64,000 nucleotides of DNA, from NCBI GenBank assembly GCA_020348925.1, contig CP070758.1:1196469-1260468 (forward strand), read 5' to 3'. The stretch is from Gemmatimonadota bacterium. Its GTDB lineage: Bacteria; JBHIER01; G020348925. The notes beneath the pieces are model-generated. The model had not been told where the DNA came from. It did not search any database and saw only the letters and a list, made by a program, of their open reading frames with translations. Position numbers and translations under genes: made by a program. Shown piece after piece: positions 21,380 through 31,097 of this stretch (position 1 is the first letter of the stretch; every line of letters starts with the position of its first letter).

Positions 21380-22294
21380 TCACTCCTGCCTTCTCACCGT
21401 ATGCCCGCCGAACTGGTTGCGCAGTGCAGCCAACAGTTTCGCGGCGTAGCTTTCATCCTGCCGGCTGACGAAACGCATCATCAGCGCCAGAGTGATTACT
21501 GGTGCCGGCACATCCTCATCTATCGCCTCTGCTATTGTCCACCGGCCTTCGCCGGAATCGTCGACCCAGTCTCTGATCTCGGTCAGGTTTTGATCCTGGG
21601 CCAATGCCTCTGCCGTTAAGTCCAGGAGCCAGGATCTCACGACGCTCCCATAACGCCAAATCTCAGCCACCTGGTGCAGGTCCAGATCGAAATCTTTTTT
21701 TGCTCTCAAGATCTCAAAGCCTTCGGCAAAGGCCTGCATAAGACCATACTCGATACCGTTGTGCACCATTTTCACAAAATGGCCGGCGCCGTTCGAGCCC
21801 ACATGTCCCCAGCCTTTATCCGAACCGGGGGCAAAAGTTTCAAAAACAGACCGTAATCGACCCACCACCACCTTTTCACCCCCCACCATCATACTGTATC
21901 CCTCCGTGAGACCCCATATGCCGCCACTGGTGCCCACATCGACAAAATGGATCTCCTGCGCTCGAACCAGTTCCGCCCGACGCATTGTGTCCTTATAATA
22001 GGAGTTTCCTCCCTCAATGATGGTATCGCCAGGAGATAGAATCTCCAGCAGGGCTTCAATCGTGCTCTCCGTCGCCTCACCAGCCGGTACCATAATCCAG
22101 ATCGTTCGTGGAGCTGCGAGTTTTTCAATCATCTCGTTCAACGTTGTGGCAGCTTCAATGTTCGATTCCTCTTCCGCCAGGATTTCGGCCTTTTCAGCTG
22201 TTCGATTGTGAGCGACAATCCTGTGACCGTTCCTCGCCAATCTCCGGGCGATATTGGCGCCCATTCTGCCCAAACCTACGATTCCGAGTTCCAT
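21380..22294 (-). CDS. gnd: 6-phosphogluconate dehydrogenase, decarboxylating (short YqeC-type)
   Basis: GLGRMG, MVPAG, DVGTSGG, GAGHFVKMVHNGIEYG, DSGEGRWT, RNQFGGH. Confidence 0.95.
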   Translation of the reverse strand: MELGIVGLGRMGANIARRLARNGHRIVAHNRTAEKAEILAEEESNIEAATTLNEMIEKLAAPRTIWIMVPAGEATESTIEALLEILSPGDTIIEGGNSYYKDTMRRAELVRAQEIHFVDVGTSGGIWGLTEGYSMMVGGEKVVVGRLRSVFETFAPGSDKGWGHVGSNGAGHFVKMVHNGIEYGLMQAFAEGFEILRAKKDFDLDLHQVAEIWRYGSVVRSWLLDLTAEALAQDQNLTEIRDWVDDSGEGRWTIAEAIDEDVPAPVITLALMMRFVSRQDESYAAKLLAALRNQFGGHTVRRQE

Positions 22295-22305
22295 TCTTTC
22301 TCTCC

Positions 22306-22965
22306 TCATTGCTCCGCACTGTTCCGGAGCGCAGCGATGTTGTCAGCAACGGACGCTTCCTCGTTGTAAATGCTCGAACCTGCCACCAGGACCGTCGCTC
22401 CGACCTCCACAACCTGTGGTGCGGTTGTGACACCGATCCCGCCGTCGACCGCAATAGGGATATTCAGCTTCCGCTTTTTCAACTGATCATGGAGTTGCCT
22501 GATCTTTCCCAATTGGCTTTCGAGGAACTTCTGTCCCCCCCAACCAGGATTTACCGTCATTATCTGAATGAAATCGGTCATAGCCAGAACTTCTTCCAGC
22601 ACCTCCACAGGCGTGCCTGGATTGATTGAGACGCCCGCTTCAATATTGTGCTCGCGAATCGACTGCAATACCCGATGGAGGTGGGGACATGCTTCTTGAT
22701 GCACAATGAGACGACCGGCACCAGCGTCTACAAATGCACTTACATGGCGCTCAGGTTCAACGATCATGAGGTGTACATCCAACGGTATCTCTACATTCGA
22801 GCGAACCGCCCGCACCACGCCTGCACCAAAAGTGATATTGGGTACAAAACGGCCATCCATGACATCTATTTGGATTGCATCAGCCCCGGCCGCTTCAGCT
22901 TGCCGTGCCTGTTCGCCGAGCCGTCCAAAATCCGCTGAAAGAATTGAAGCTTCAATCTGGATCAT
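22306..22965 (-). CDS. rpe: Ribulose-phosphate 3-epimerase
   Basis: SILSADF, DVMDGRFVPNITFG, DVHLMI, MTVNPGWGGQ, VDGGI. Confidence 0.96.
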   Translation of the reverse strand: MIQIEASILSADFGRLGEQARQAEAAGADAIQIDVMDGRFVPNITFGAGVVRAVRSNVEIPLDVHLMIVEPERHVSAFVDAGAGRLIVHQEACPHLHRVLQSIREHNIEAGVSINPGTPVEVLEEVLAMTDFIQIMTVNPGWGGQKFLESQLGKIRQLHDQLKKRKLNIPIAVDGGIGVTTAPQVVEVGATVLVAGSSIYNEEASVADNIAALRNSAEQ

Positions 22966-23665
22966 TATATTCTCCTCTTCTAAGATGGCGAATTCCGCTA
23001 CGTCCTGCTACAATGACATCCCTCGCCAGGCCCAGAAACAGCCCATGCTCCACAACGCCTGCGCGCTCACTGAGACTCGCTGCCAACCGGGCCGGTCGAT
23101 CGATCGGCCCGAATGTGCAATCAAGGATCAGGTTCCCCTGTTCCGTCTTGAACGGTGTCCCATCATTTTCCTGACGCAAGGCTGGCTTGCCGCCCATCGA
23201 TTTGAGAAATGACAACTGAGTCTCCCAGCCAAAGGGGATGACTTCAAGGGGAACCGGCCTGTGGGTTCCAAGGACCGGTGAAAGTTTGCTCTCATCCACC
23301 ACAATGATCTCACGCAAACTGGCCTGGGCGACAATCTTCTCTCGCACAAGCGCACCCCCTCCGCCCTTGATCAGATTCAGATGGGGATCGACTTCGTCCG
23401 CACCATCGATCGTAACGTCAAGGGCAGGGTGTTCCTCCAGTGTTGTCAATGGAATTCCAAGTCGCTGCGCCTCGGTTTCAACCTGGCGAGAGCACGGCAG
23501 GCCAAGGATATTCCGTAATTGGCCCTCTTTTAACAATTGTGCTATATGTCGGACAGCGAAGGTGGCCGTACTCCCGTGGCCCAGTCCCACAATCATCCCC
23601 GATTTTATGAATCCAACTGCATGCTCGGCAGCTTGGCGCTTGAATTCTGAAGTATCTTCGTTCAA
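22952..23665 (-). CDS. rpiA: Ribose-5-phosphate isomerase A
   Basis: GLGHGST, IDGADEVD, KGGGGALVREKIVA, GVVEHGLF. Confidence 0.96.
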   Translation of the reverse strand: MNEDTSEFKRQAAEHAVGFIKSGMIVGLGHGSTATFAVRHIAQLLKEGQLRNILGLPCSRQVETEAQRLGIPLTTLEEHPALDVTIDGADEVDPHLNLIKGGGGALVREKIVAQASLREIIVVDESKLSPVLGTHRPVPLEVIPFGWETQLSFLKSMGGKPALRQENDGTPFKTEQGNLILDCTFGPIDRPARLAASLSERAGVVEHGLFLGLARDVIVAGRSGIRHLRRGEYNDPD

Positions 23666-23673
23666 CCGACTTG

Positions 23674-25452
23674 CTACCTCCGCAATATCACATTATTAGC
23701 GCATTCACCGAGGGCACCGGTCAACTGTTTCAGCCTGCCTTCTACGTCGTGATCCAGGTGAAAGGTTATGACGCGCCGCCCTCTGTCCAAGAGGGCCTGA
23801 CGGTCCCCCAGAGCTTGAGCCGCTTTGAGCAGACCGAAGGTCATTGACGATTCAGGTGATCCGGCTTTATCGGGGATGGGTACATCGCACTGATCGTCAG
23901 CCGTAAACTGGATGAAGAGACCGTGTCCTCCGTCTCCCTTGTGAAGCTGGCCGGTCGAGTGTAAAAAACGTGGACCAAAGCCAACCGTTGTGGCCAACTT
24001 GTATTTGTCGCGAAGCGCGCGGCGGAATTCCCGAAGCGCCCCATCTGTACCGACAGTAGGCGGGACATACGCTTGCAACGCTACATAGTCCCCGGGTCTC
24101 GACTGACTGAGAAACGTGTTCAGTGCTTCTGTTGTAAGTGGCGCAGACTCACAGGGAGGCCATGCGCCCTTCTTACTGTATTCAGCAACCGTGTCCCTGG
24201 CCAGCACCTTCGAGGCCTCAACATCCGGCTGATCGAAGGGATTGATACCCATAAGCGAACCGGCCACAGCCGTGGCCATCTCCCACAGGAAGAACTGTCC
24301 GCCAAGATCGTAGAGATCATCTAAGTGAATCCGAATGGCGGGATGCCCGCCATCTTCAAGAGCTTTCATCGCCGCATCGTTCGTGTTATCACTACTCAGT
24401 TTCATTGAAACAAAAAGCCGATCACCTCCGTATACCTCCGGAGGACCCAGGGGTTCGTGCACGACCGGAAGGATACCGGTCCTCTCTTTTCCCGTACTCT
24501 CAGCAATGAGTTGTTCCACCCAGTCACCGAAGCCACCGATCTCCTGTGAGATGGCAAAGGTAACTTTATCGCGCCCTGCTTTTGCCAATTCTCCCATGAC
24601 GGTACCGAGCTGCAATCCGCAGTTGTCGCTCTCAAGAGAGGAATCACTGTTCTTGGAGTTACCTGCCATGCTCAGAGCTCGACGGAGCAGGGTCTCTACA
24701 TCCATTCCAATGAGTGCCGCTGGCACGAGCCCGAAATAGGAGAGGGCCGAATAGCGTCCTCCAATATTTGGATCGTTCAAAAAAGTCCTGCGGAAATCAT
24801 ACTCAGCGGCCAGTTCCTCAAGATGCGAGCCGGGATCGGTGATGGCCACAAAGCATTCACCCGCCTCAGCCGGACCGACAACTTCGGCCACCAAGTTGTA
24901 AAAATACTTAAAAAAGGAGAGGGTCTCAACGGTTCCGCCGGATTTCGTCGAGACGATGAATAATGTTCTGGTGAGATCCAACCGCTCAGCATGGGCTTTC
25001 ACGGCTCCGGGGTCCGTACTATCCAATACGGCAAAATCCAGTTGACGCGGCGAACGGCCGTTCGTCTCTCCACCACCGAATGTCTTGCTGAAAACCTCCG
25101 GGGCCAGGCTGGAGCCCCCCATTCCCAAGAGTAAGGTGTGGGTATACCCCGCAGTCCGCACTTCTTCCACAAAAGCTTCCAGGTGGGGGAGATTCTCGAG
25201 CATCATCTCCGCCGTGGTGAGCCAGCCGAGCCTATTCGTAATGTCAGTCGATTCAGGTTTCCACACCGTGTGGTCGTGAGTCCAGATCCGGGTCATCGTC
25301 CGATTCTTCCTCATCTCTGCCAAGGCCGAATCAACCGATTTCTGATATGAGCCAAGACTCTTCGAGAGGCGTTTCCGGTCCGGCTGAAATATTTCCTGTT
25401 TCCCGTCAATTATCATTCGAATTTTCCTTCTCCGGCTCTTCATGCGCTCCAT
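23674..25452 (-). CDS. pgi: Glucose-6-phosphate isomerase (type found as the Pgi half of Tal-Pgi fusions)
   Basis: NRLGWL, GMGGSSL, STKSGGTVET, IGGRYSALS, EQLIAESTGK, NPFDQPDVE, GPRFLHSTGQLHKG. Confidence 0.9.
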   Translation of the reverse strand: MERMKSRRRKIRMIIDGKQEIFQPDRKRLSKSLGSYQKSVDSALAEMRKNRTMTRIWTHDHTVWKPESTDITNRLGWLTTAEMMLENLPHLEAFVEEVRTAGYTHTLLLGMGGSSLAPEVFSKTFGGGETNGRSPRQLDFAVLDSTDPGAVKAHAERLDLTRTLFIVSTKSGGTVETLSFFKYFYNLVAEVVGPAEAGECFVAITDPGSHLEELAAEYDFRRTFLNDPNIGGRYSALSYFGLVPAALIGMDVETLLRRALSMAGNSKNSDSSLESDNCGLQLGTVMGELAKAGRDKVTFAISQEIGGFGDWVEQLIAESTGKERTGILPVVHEPLGPPEVYGGDRLFVSMKLSSDNTNDAAMKALEDGGHPAIRIHLDDLYDLGGQFFLWEMATAVAGSLMGINPFDQPDVEASKVLARDTVAEYSKKGAWPPCESAPLTTEALNTFLSQSRPGDYVALQAYVPPTVGTDGALREFRRALRDKYKLATTVGFGPRFLHSTGQLHKGDGGHGLFIQFTADDQCDVPIPDKAGSPESSMTFGLLKAAQALGDRQALLDRGRRVITFHLDHDVEGRLKQLTGALGECANNVILRR

Positions 25453-26408
25453 TAGTTAACAAGTGCACCACCGCACGAGGAGCCGCAACCGGCCGTACAG
25501 CCGAAGCAGTGAATGCCAGTGACAATCCTTCGTGGTAACAATTCTGGGAGTCTGAAATTCTCGATACGGTCTGGCGCGCCATGGTCCACTGAAAGTCCCA
25601 AGGCCAGATTAAAATCGCAATCGTACAGCGTCCCGTCCCAGCCGACGCTGATCTGATGCCGACACATCAAGCCCTCGAGGGTCTGGGGATTGTACGATTC
25701 CTTGAGCAGCTGCAGATATTCCTCATCCTGCCCCTGCTTCCGCAGGTAGATTTGGAATCGACCGATGGGCATATTCGTGATGGTCAAGAGCCTGGAAAAG
25801 ATGATGCCGTAGCGCCCCTTCAGTTCACGACGGTAATCGGCCTCAAGCCCTACCTGACTGGGTGGAAGAAAAGGGCCGCCGGGATTATAGACGAGATTCA
25901 AAGGCAAATGCTCCTCGGAACCGTAACCCAAGGTGTTCAGACGTCGAATGGCATCGACACTCCTTTCGTACACACCCTCCCCCCGCTGTGCCCTGACGTT
26001 CTCCTCAAGATAACAGGGCATCGAGGCCACAAGTTGGACCCCATTGTCTTTAAAAAACTCAGGTGTAGCCTCCATGCCCTCCTCGAGAAGCACGGTCAAA
26101 TTGGTTCGCACTTGAACAGGGAGATCTTTTGCGCGCAAGATTTCGACGAACCGACGGAAATCAGGATGAAGCTCCGGCGATCCACCTGTCAGATCGACGA
26201 GTTGACATTCGACCCTCTTCACCACATCGAGGATCAATTCCATGGTACTCCATTCCATCATTTCCCCTCGACGCGGAGAGCAGCTCAAATGGCAATGTGC
26301 ACATTCTTGATTGCACATCAAACCGAGATTGACCTGAAGAATATCGATGTCGTCGGCATACAGTCCACCGCTGCTGATATCAGCGATTTTCGTCTCGAAC
26401 TCGTTCAT
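25452..26408 (-). CDS. arsS: Radical SAM protein of the ArsS (arsenosugar biosynthesis, DUF3641) family
   Basis: LQVNLGLMCNQECAHCH (CxxxCxxC), DLTGGSPE, NLVYNP, NMPIGRF, LMCR, YDCDFN, HCFGCTAGCGSSCGG. Confidence 0.9.
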   Translation of the reverse strand: MNEFETKIADISSGGLYADDIDILQVNLGLMCNQECAHCHLSCSPRRGEMMEWSTMELILDVVKRVECQLVDLTGGSPELHPDFRRFVEILRAKDLPVQVRTNLTVLLEEGMEATPEFFKDNGVQLVASMPCYLEENVRAQRGEGVYERSVDAIRRLNTLGYGSEEHLPLNLVYNPGGPFLPPSQVGLEADYRRELKGRYGIIFSRLLTITNMPIGRFQIYLRKQGQDEEYLQLLKESYNPQTLEGLMCRHQISVGWDGTLYDCDFNLALGLSVDHGAPDRIENFRLPELLPRRIVTGIHCFGCTAGCGSSCGGALVN

Positions 26409-26472
26409 AGAAGATCAACTCCTTTCGCTGAGAATAGCAGAGTCGCACACTGGGAAATGTGCACATAGCCTT

Positions 26473-26501
26473 TATATATATTGAAATATTTCCTCTGTCA
26501 A
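26473..26501 (-). promoter_or_regulatory. Sigma70-type promoter upstream of arsS
   Basis: Minus strand TTGACA-17nt-TATATA; spacer contains palindrome GAAATATTTC. Confidence 0.6.
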
Positions 26502-26653
26502 GTATTTTTATTTGCTTCCACTCTTTCAACATCGGCTCAATTGAAAGTCCGTTTTCGATTGGCAGTTGGATTTTAAACGATCTGAAATCGAATGGGTCGT
26601 TGAATTGAAAGAATGACAGATAAAAGTGATATTTTCAGCGTGAACGTTTTCAA

Positions 26654-26938
26654 TTACATTTCACCGGAACCCATGTCACCAGCCGCTTGACTCAAGGCCT
26701 GTTTCATGCGCTCACGAATTTCCGAACTCAGAGGAGTCGCAAAAAACGATTCCACGCTTTCCACGCGATCCTGGAACTGGCGCAGGGCATCTCTCATAAA
26801 TCGAACCTGTTTCTCAAATTGAGGACAGGCCTTGCAGAACAGATAGTGCGTTCTTACAGCCAACCGTTTCCTTAATGGAAGTTTACGATCCAGAGATTCA
26901 GATATTAATTGTGCGACCTGTTCGCAAGTGAGCATCAA
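26654..26938 (-). CDS. Soluble zf-HC2 (ZAS) anti-sigma factor
   Basis: MLTC...HYLFCKAC (HxxxCxxC); overlaps the ECF sigma stop; no TM segment. Confidence 0.88.
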   Translation of the reverse strand: MMLTCEQVAQLISESLDRKLPLRKRLAVRTHYLFCKACPQFEKQVRFMRDALRQFQDRVESVESFFATPLSSEIRERMKQALSQAAGDMGSGEM

Positions 26939-27519
26939 TGATTCCTTTCATTTTTTTTGCCAAACCAGTTCATCTCCAGGCAACGACGCAACCGCATGCG
27001 AGCGCGATAAAGCATAACCCATAAGTTAGTCGTAGAAACACCCAAGACTTTACACACTTCTTTGCTGTCCAGCCCATCCATCTCTCGAAGCGAAAAGGCA
27101 TCGCTCAGACGGGAGGGGAGATCGGATAAACACTTTTCGATAACATCTTGAAACTCCTTTTGCTCCAATATCTTACTTGGATCAGGAGCCCATTCTGAGG
27201 GCATCACTCTCCATTTCCCCCTTTCGTCGAACAGATCCTTCATCGTATCCTCCGGGGTGCCGGGGCTCTCGACGGAACGTTCCCTACTCGCTCTTCGAAT
27301 ATGGTCGACAATCTTGTGCTTGAGAATACCGAAGAGCCAGGTCTTCTCCGAAGATCGGCCCGAGAAACTCTTCCGGGCACGAAGAGCCGCCAGAAAGGTC
27401 TCCTGAACAATATCCTCGGCAAGCCGGGAATCCCTGAGCCGGAGCAGTGCATACCGGAAGAGGTCGTCCCCGTATCGGTCCACCCACTGCTCCGGCTTTG
27501 ACAGTCGAACGTCGTTCAT
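26935..27519 (-). CDS. ECF RNA polymerase sigma factor (TIGR02943-like)
   Basis: AEDIVQETFLAA, FSGRSSEKTWLFGILKHKIVD, NLWVMLYRARMRLRRCLE. Confidence 0.92.
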   Translation of the reverse strand: MNDVRLSKPEQWVDRYGDDLFRYALLRLRDSRLAEDIVQETFLAALRARKSFSGRSSEKTWLFGILKHKIVDHIRRASRERSVESPGTPEDTMKDLFDERGKWRVMPSEWAPDPSKILEQKEFQDVIEKCLSDLPSRLSDAFSLREMDGLDSKEVCKVLGVSTTNLWVMLYRARMRLRRCLEMNWFGKKNERNH

Positions 27520-27693
27520 TAGGGCCTCAAAAGAAATCCGGAAGAATCCTGAGTGTTATTTCCAGAGATTCGCTCCTTAGTCCAAACATTCATAATCTAC
27601 TAAGGAGAGATCTGACACATAAGCTTCAAAAAATCCTATCTTCTTGAAAAAGAAGTTTTCGTCACCATGGGCAATGGCTCCGGGTGTGACCCG

Positions 27694-29745
27694 CTACCCT
27701 TTTCCCATCACTTTTTTGGCGATTAGGACAACACTCTCCTTCGTAATCCCAAACTTTTCGTACAAAACCTTATACGGAGCACTTGCTCCGAAACCGTCCA
27801 TTCCAATGACCGCCCCTTCAAGTCCCACGTAATGCTCCCAACCCAGTTTTATGCCCGCTTCCACGGCCACACGAGCTTTCACCTGTGATGGCAGTACACT
27901 TTCGCGATACTCTACCGGCTGATCATCAAAGAGTTCCCAGCTGGGTATGGAGACAATTCTCACCCTCATCCCTTCTTTACCCAGTATCTTACCTGCCTCC
28001 AGAGCAATATGTACCTCAGAGCCCGTGCCCACCAAGATCAGTTCCGGTGTCCCACTATTCGAATCCCACATCACATAACCGCCACGGTGCAGACTTTCAG
28101 CAGAAGGGTATGTGCTCCGATCGAGGACGGGCAGGTTCTGCCGGGTCAAGATGAGGGCGGTGGGGCCGCTCGTATTGAGCAGGGCCGCCCGCCAGGCCTC
28201 AACAGCCTCGTTGGCGTCGGCAGGGCGGATGACGGTCAGGTTGGGCACGGCGCGTAAGTTCATGACGTGCTCGACGGGCTGGTGCGTGGGTCCGTCCTCC
28301 CCCAAAGCGATGCTGTCGTGGGTGAAGACGTAAATGGCTCGGATGCCCATCAGCGCTGCCAGACGCATGGGCGGACGCATATAATCCGAGAAGGTGAGAA
28401 ACGTACCCGTGAAGGGGATCGCGCCACCGTGCAGGGCCATACCGTTGGCAATGGTTCCCATGGCGTGTTCTCGCACACCGAAGTGGAGGTTCCGTCCACC
28501 GTAGCCCCATTCGTCTCCGACGGCACCCTGTGTGTCCTCAACAGAGAGGTCGGGCGATTGAAAATCGCCGCAGCCCTTGAGCCAGGTGAAACAGGACGGA
28601 TTGAGATCGGCCGAGCCTCCGATCAATTCGGGAACCTTAGAGGCCAAGGCCTGCAGGACGGTCTCGGAGGCTTTGCGGGTTGCCGGTCCCGCCTCCTCGG
28701 GGGAAAAGGACGGTAAATCTTTTTCCCAACCTTGGGGCAATTCTCCCGATTGCATTCTCCGAAACTCCGCCGCCAGGTCAGGATGCGCCGCTTCGTACCG
28801 AGCAAAAGTCTCCTGCCACTCGGACTCCCATTCCTGACCTCGCGAAAGGGCTTGATGGAAGCGCTCTCGCGCTTCCTCCGGAATGTGAAATACAGTTTCC
28901 TTGGGCCAGTCGAGGTTCTCCTTCGTCGCCTGAAGCTCTTCATCGCCCAAGGGCGAGCCATGGGATTTGAACGAACCCTGCATGTGAGGTGCACCGTATG
29001 CGATCTGGCTCCGCACCGCAATGATGGAGGGGCGGGACGTATCGGTGTGTGCCTTCTTCAGCGCGCTTTCGATAGCTTCCAGATCATTACCGTCATCCAC
29101 CCGCTGAACATGCCAGCCGTAAGCCTCAAAGCGCATTCCCACATTCTCGGTAAAGGTAAGACCCGTCGAGCCGGCCAGGGAGACGCGGTTATCGTCGTAC
29201 AGCACGATTAGCTTGCCCAGGCGCAAATGCCCGGCAATGGAACAGGTCTCAGAGGCGACGCCTTCCATGATGTCCCCGTCACTGGCCATAACGTAGGTGC
29301 GATGATCGACGATCGTATAACCGGGACGATTGAACCCGGCGGCAAGATGGGCTTCAGCGATAGCCATGCCTACGGCGTGACTCAATCCCTGGCCCAGGGG
29401 ACCGGTCGTCACCTCAACGCCCGGCGCGTGACCGTACTCCGGATGGCCCGGTGTTTTGCTGCCCCATTGGCGGAAATTCTTCACCTCCTCCATGGAGAGA
29501 TCATATCCCGTCAGGTGCAGTAGTGCATACAGCAACATCGAGGCATGCCCGGCCGAGAGGACGAAGCGATCCCTGTCAGGCCACTGCGGATTGTTGGGAT
29601 TATGCTTCAGAAACCGGTCCCATAGGATGTACGCCGCGGGCGCCGCTCCTAACGGCATGCCCGGATGGCCGGAATTGGCTTTCTGTATGGCATCTGCGGC
29701 TAAAAAACGGATGGTGTCGATGCACAGTTCGTCCAATGATCTCAT
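27694..29745 (-). CDS. tkt: Transketolase
   Basis: [59 protein letters not shown]. Confidence 0.97.
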   Translation of the reverse strand: MRSLDELCIDTIRFLAADAIQKANSGHPGMPLGAAPAAYILWDRFLKHNPNNPQWPDRDRFVLSAGHASMLLYALLHLTGYDLSMEEVKNFRQWGSKTPGHPEYGHAPGVEVTTGPLGQGLSHAVGMAIAEAHLAAGFNRPGYTIVDHRTYVMASDGDIMEGVASETCSIAGHLRLGKLIVLYDDNRVSLAGSTGLTFTENVGMRFEAYGWHVQRVDDGNDLEAIESALKKAHTDTSRPSIIAVRSQIAYGAPHMQGSFKSHGSPLGDEELQATKENLDWPKETVFHIPEEARERFHQALSRGQEWESEWQETFARYEAAHPDLAAEFRRMQSGELPQGWEKDLPSFSPEEAGPATRKASETVLQALASKVPELIGGSADLNPSCFTWLKGCGDFQSPDLSVEDTQGAVGDEWGYGGRNLHFGVREHAMGTIANGMALHGGAIPFTGTFLTFSDYMRPPMRLAALMGIRAIYVFTHDSIALGEDGPTHQPVEHVMNLRAVPNLTVIRPADANEAVEAWRAALLNTSGPTALILTRQNLPVLDRSTYPSAESLHRGGYVMWDSNSGTPELILVGTGSEVHIALEAGKILGKEGMRVRIVSIPSWELFDDQPVEYRESVLPSQVKARVAVEAGIKLGWEHYVGLEGAVIGMDGFGASAPYKVLYEKFGITKESVVLIAKKVMGKG

Positions 29746-30749
29746 GGTGTTCCCTCCATCACTTTGTTTCTGGCGTGGGTCGCCGCTCCGATGGCCACGG
29801 CGTTACTCACAAAGGACGCCTTGACGATTCGCAAATCCTCGAGGGCCGCCCTCAAAGCCCTTTCTCTCACACCCCTTTCTACAAGTTGAATCAATTCCGG
29901 AATACCGTCAATGATGCCACCTCCCAATACGAGCAGGCACGGATTGATCGCATTCACCAGACCCACCACACCGGCGGCGAGATAGTGTCCCGCCTCCTCA
30001 ATTATACGAATCGCTAAGGGGTCTCGCTCATGATACGCCTCGCCAACGACTTTGGCCGTGATCTCTTCAATGGAACCGGCTTTGCTTAATATTGTCTGAC
30101 CCTGTTTCTCGTCCTGCTGCACCGCCTCTTGAGCCCGCTCGGCAATGGCCCAACCCCCGGCGTAGGCCTCCATGCAGCCGATATTGGGCCCCCGGCACGG
30201 TCGACCGTCGACCGCAACGGTCATGTGCCCGATCTCCCCGGCCGTGTTGCTGCATCCCTCCAGTAAACGCCCGCCACTGACGATCCCACCGCCAACACCC
30301 GTCCCGACGAAAACACAGATGAGATCGTCAATTCCCTTTCCCGCGCCGTGGTACCACTCCGCCACCGTCGCGGCCCGGACGTCGTTTAAGACGAACACCG
30401 GCATATTCAAAGCTCGCTCAAGTTGAGCGCCCAGGGGGACCTCCTGCCAGCGCAGGTTCGGAGCAAAGCGGACCGCCCCTGTGGCTCTCTCGACCTGCCC
30501 GGCCACACCGACGCCCACCGCCCTGGTTTCTTGGGGCACGTTCTTGAGGCACGTTTCGACACACGAAACGACATCCTCAACAACACCCCCGGCCCCCTTC
30601 TCAGGTTTCGTCGGATATCGTTGAGATTCCACGATATTGCCGCGACTATCGACAACGGCCGTTTCCACATTTGTTCCGCCGATATCGACACCCATCGTTA
30701 GAAATTGAGCTTCATTAGGATTCATACATTTTTCTCCGGATAGTCTCAT
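29742..30749 (-). CDS. ROK-family sugar kinase (glucokinase)
   Basis: [39 protein letters not shown]. Confidence 0.9.
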   Translation of the reverse strand: MRLSGEKCMNPNEAQFLTMGVDIGGTNVETAVVDSRGNIVESQRYPTKPEKGAGGVVEDVVSCVETCLKNVPQETRAVGVGVAGQVERATGAVRFAPNLRWQEVPLGAQLERALNMPVFVLNDVRAATVAEWYHGAGKGIDDLICVFVGTGVGGGIVSGGRLLEGCSNTAGEIGHMTVAVDGRPCRGPNIGCMEAYAGGWAIAERAQEAVQQDEKQGQTILSKAGSIEEITAKVVGEAYHERDPLAIRIIEEAGHYLAAGVVGLVNAINPCLLVLGGGIIDGIPELIQLVERGVRERALRAALEDLRIVKASFVSNAVAIGAATHARNKVMEGTP

Positions 30750-30839
30750 TCCTCAAACAGGAAACTGTCTTTACGAGTTCTTCTTTGACTCCTCTCAATC
30801 CGTGCCTGTGCGACACGATTGCATTTTATCCTTCGTTCA

Positions 30840-30868
30840 ATTATAACATATTTCTATCCTCTTGTCAA
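30840..30868 (-). promoter_or_regulatory. Consensus sigma70 promoter for ROK-tkt
   Basis: Minus strand TTGACA-17nt-TATAAT with extended TG. Confidence 0.8.
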
Positions 30869-31097
30869 CGCATTTTTCGTATACCAGGAGAAGAAACGCT
30901 ACCCCACGTACTCGCTCAGAACAGCTTTCCACGATGACTGTTTTCGTGGAAAAAAGTGAATCGATCTCAAGATCTTAAATAAAAAGGCTTGATCTTATCT
31001 CCCCTTTGATGTAATATTATCTCTCTGCATGTGGTATTATGCAGATCGAAATATTTTGTAATGAGCCGAAAATAAAGGTACACAGAGGAAGGTAACT

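Noticed and set aside
25452-25520. Selenocysteine in the ArsS C-terminus
   Set aside because: The codons are TGC/TGT and the gene ends at TAA
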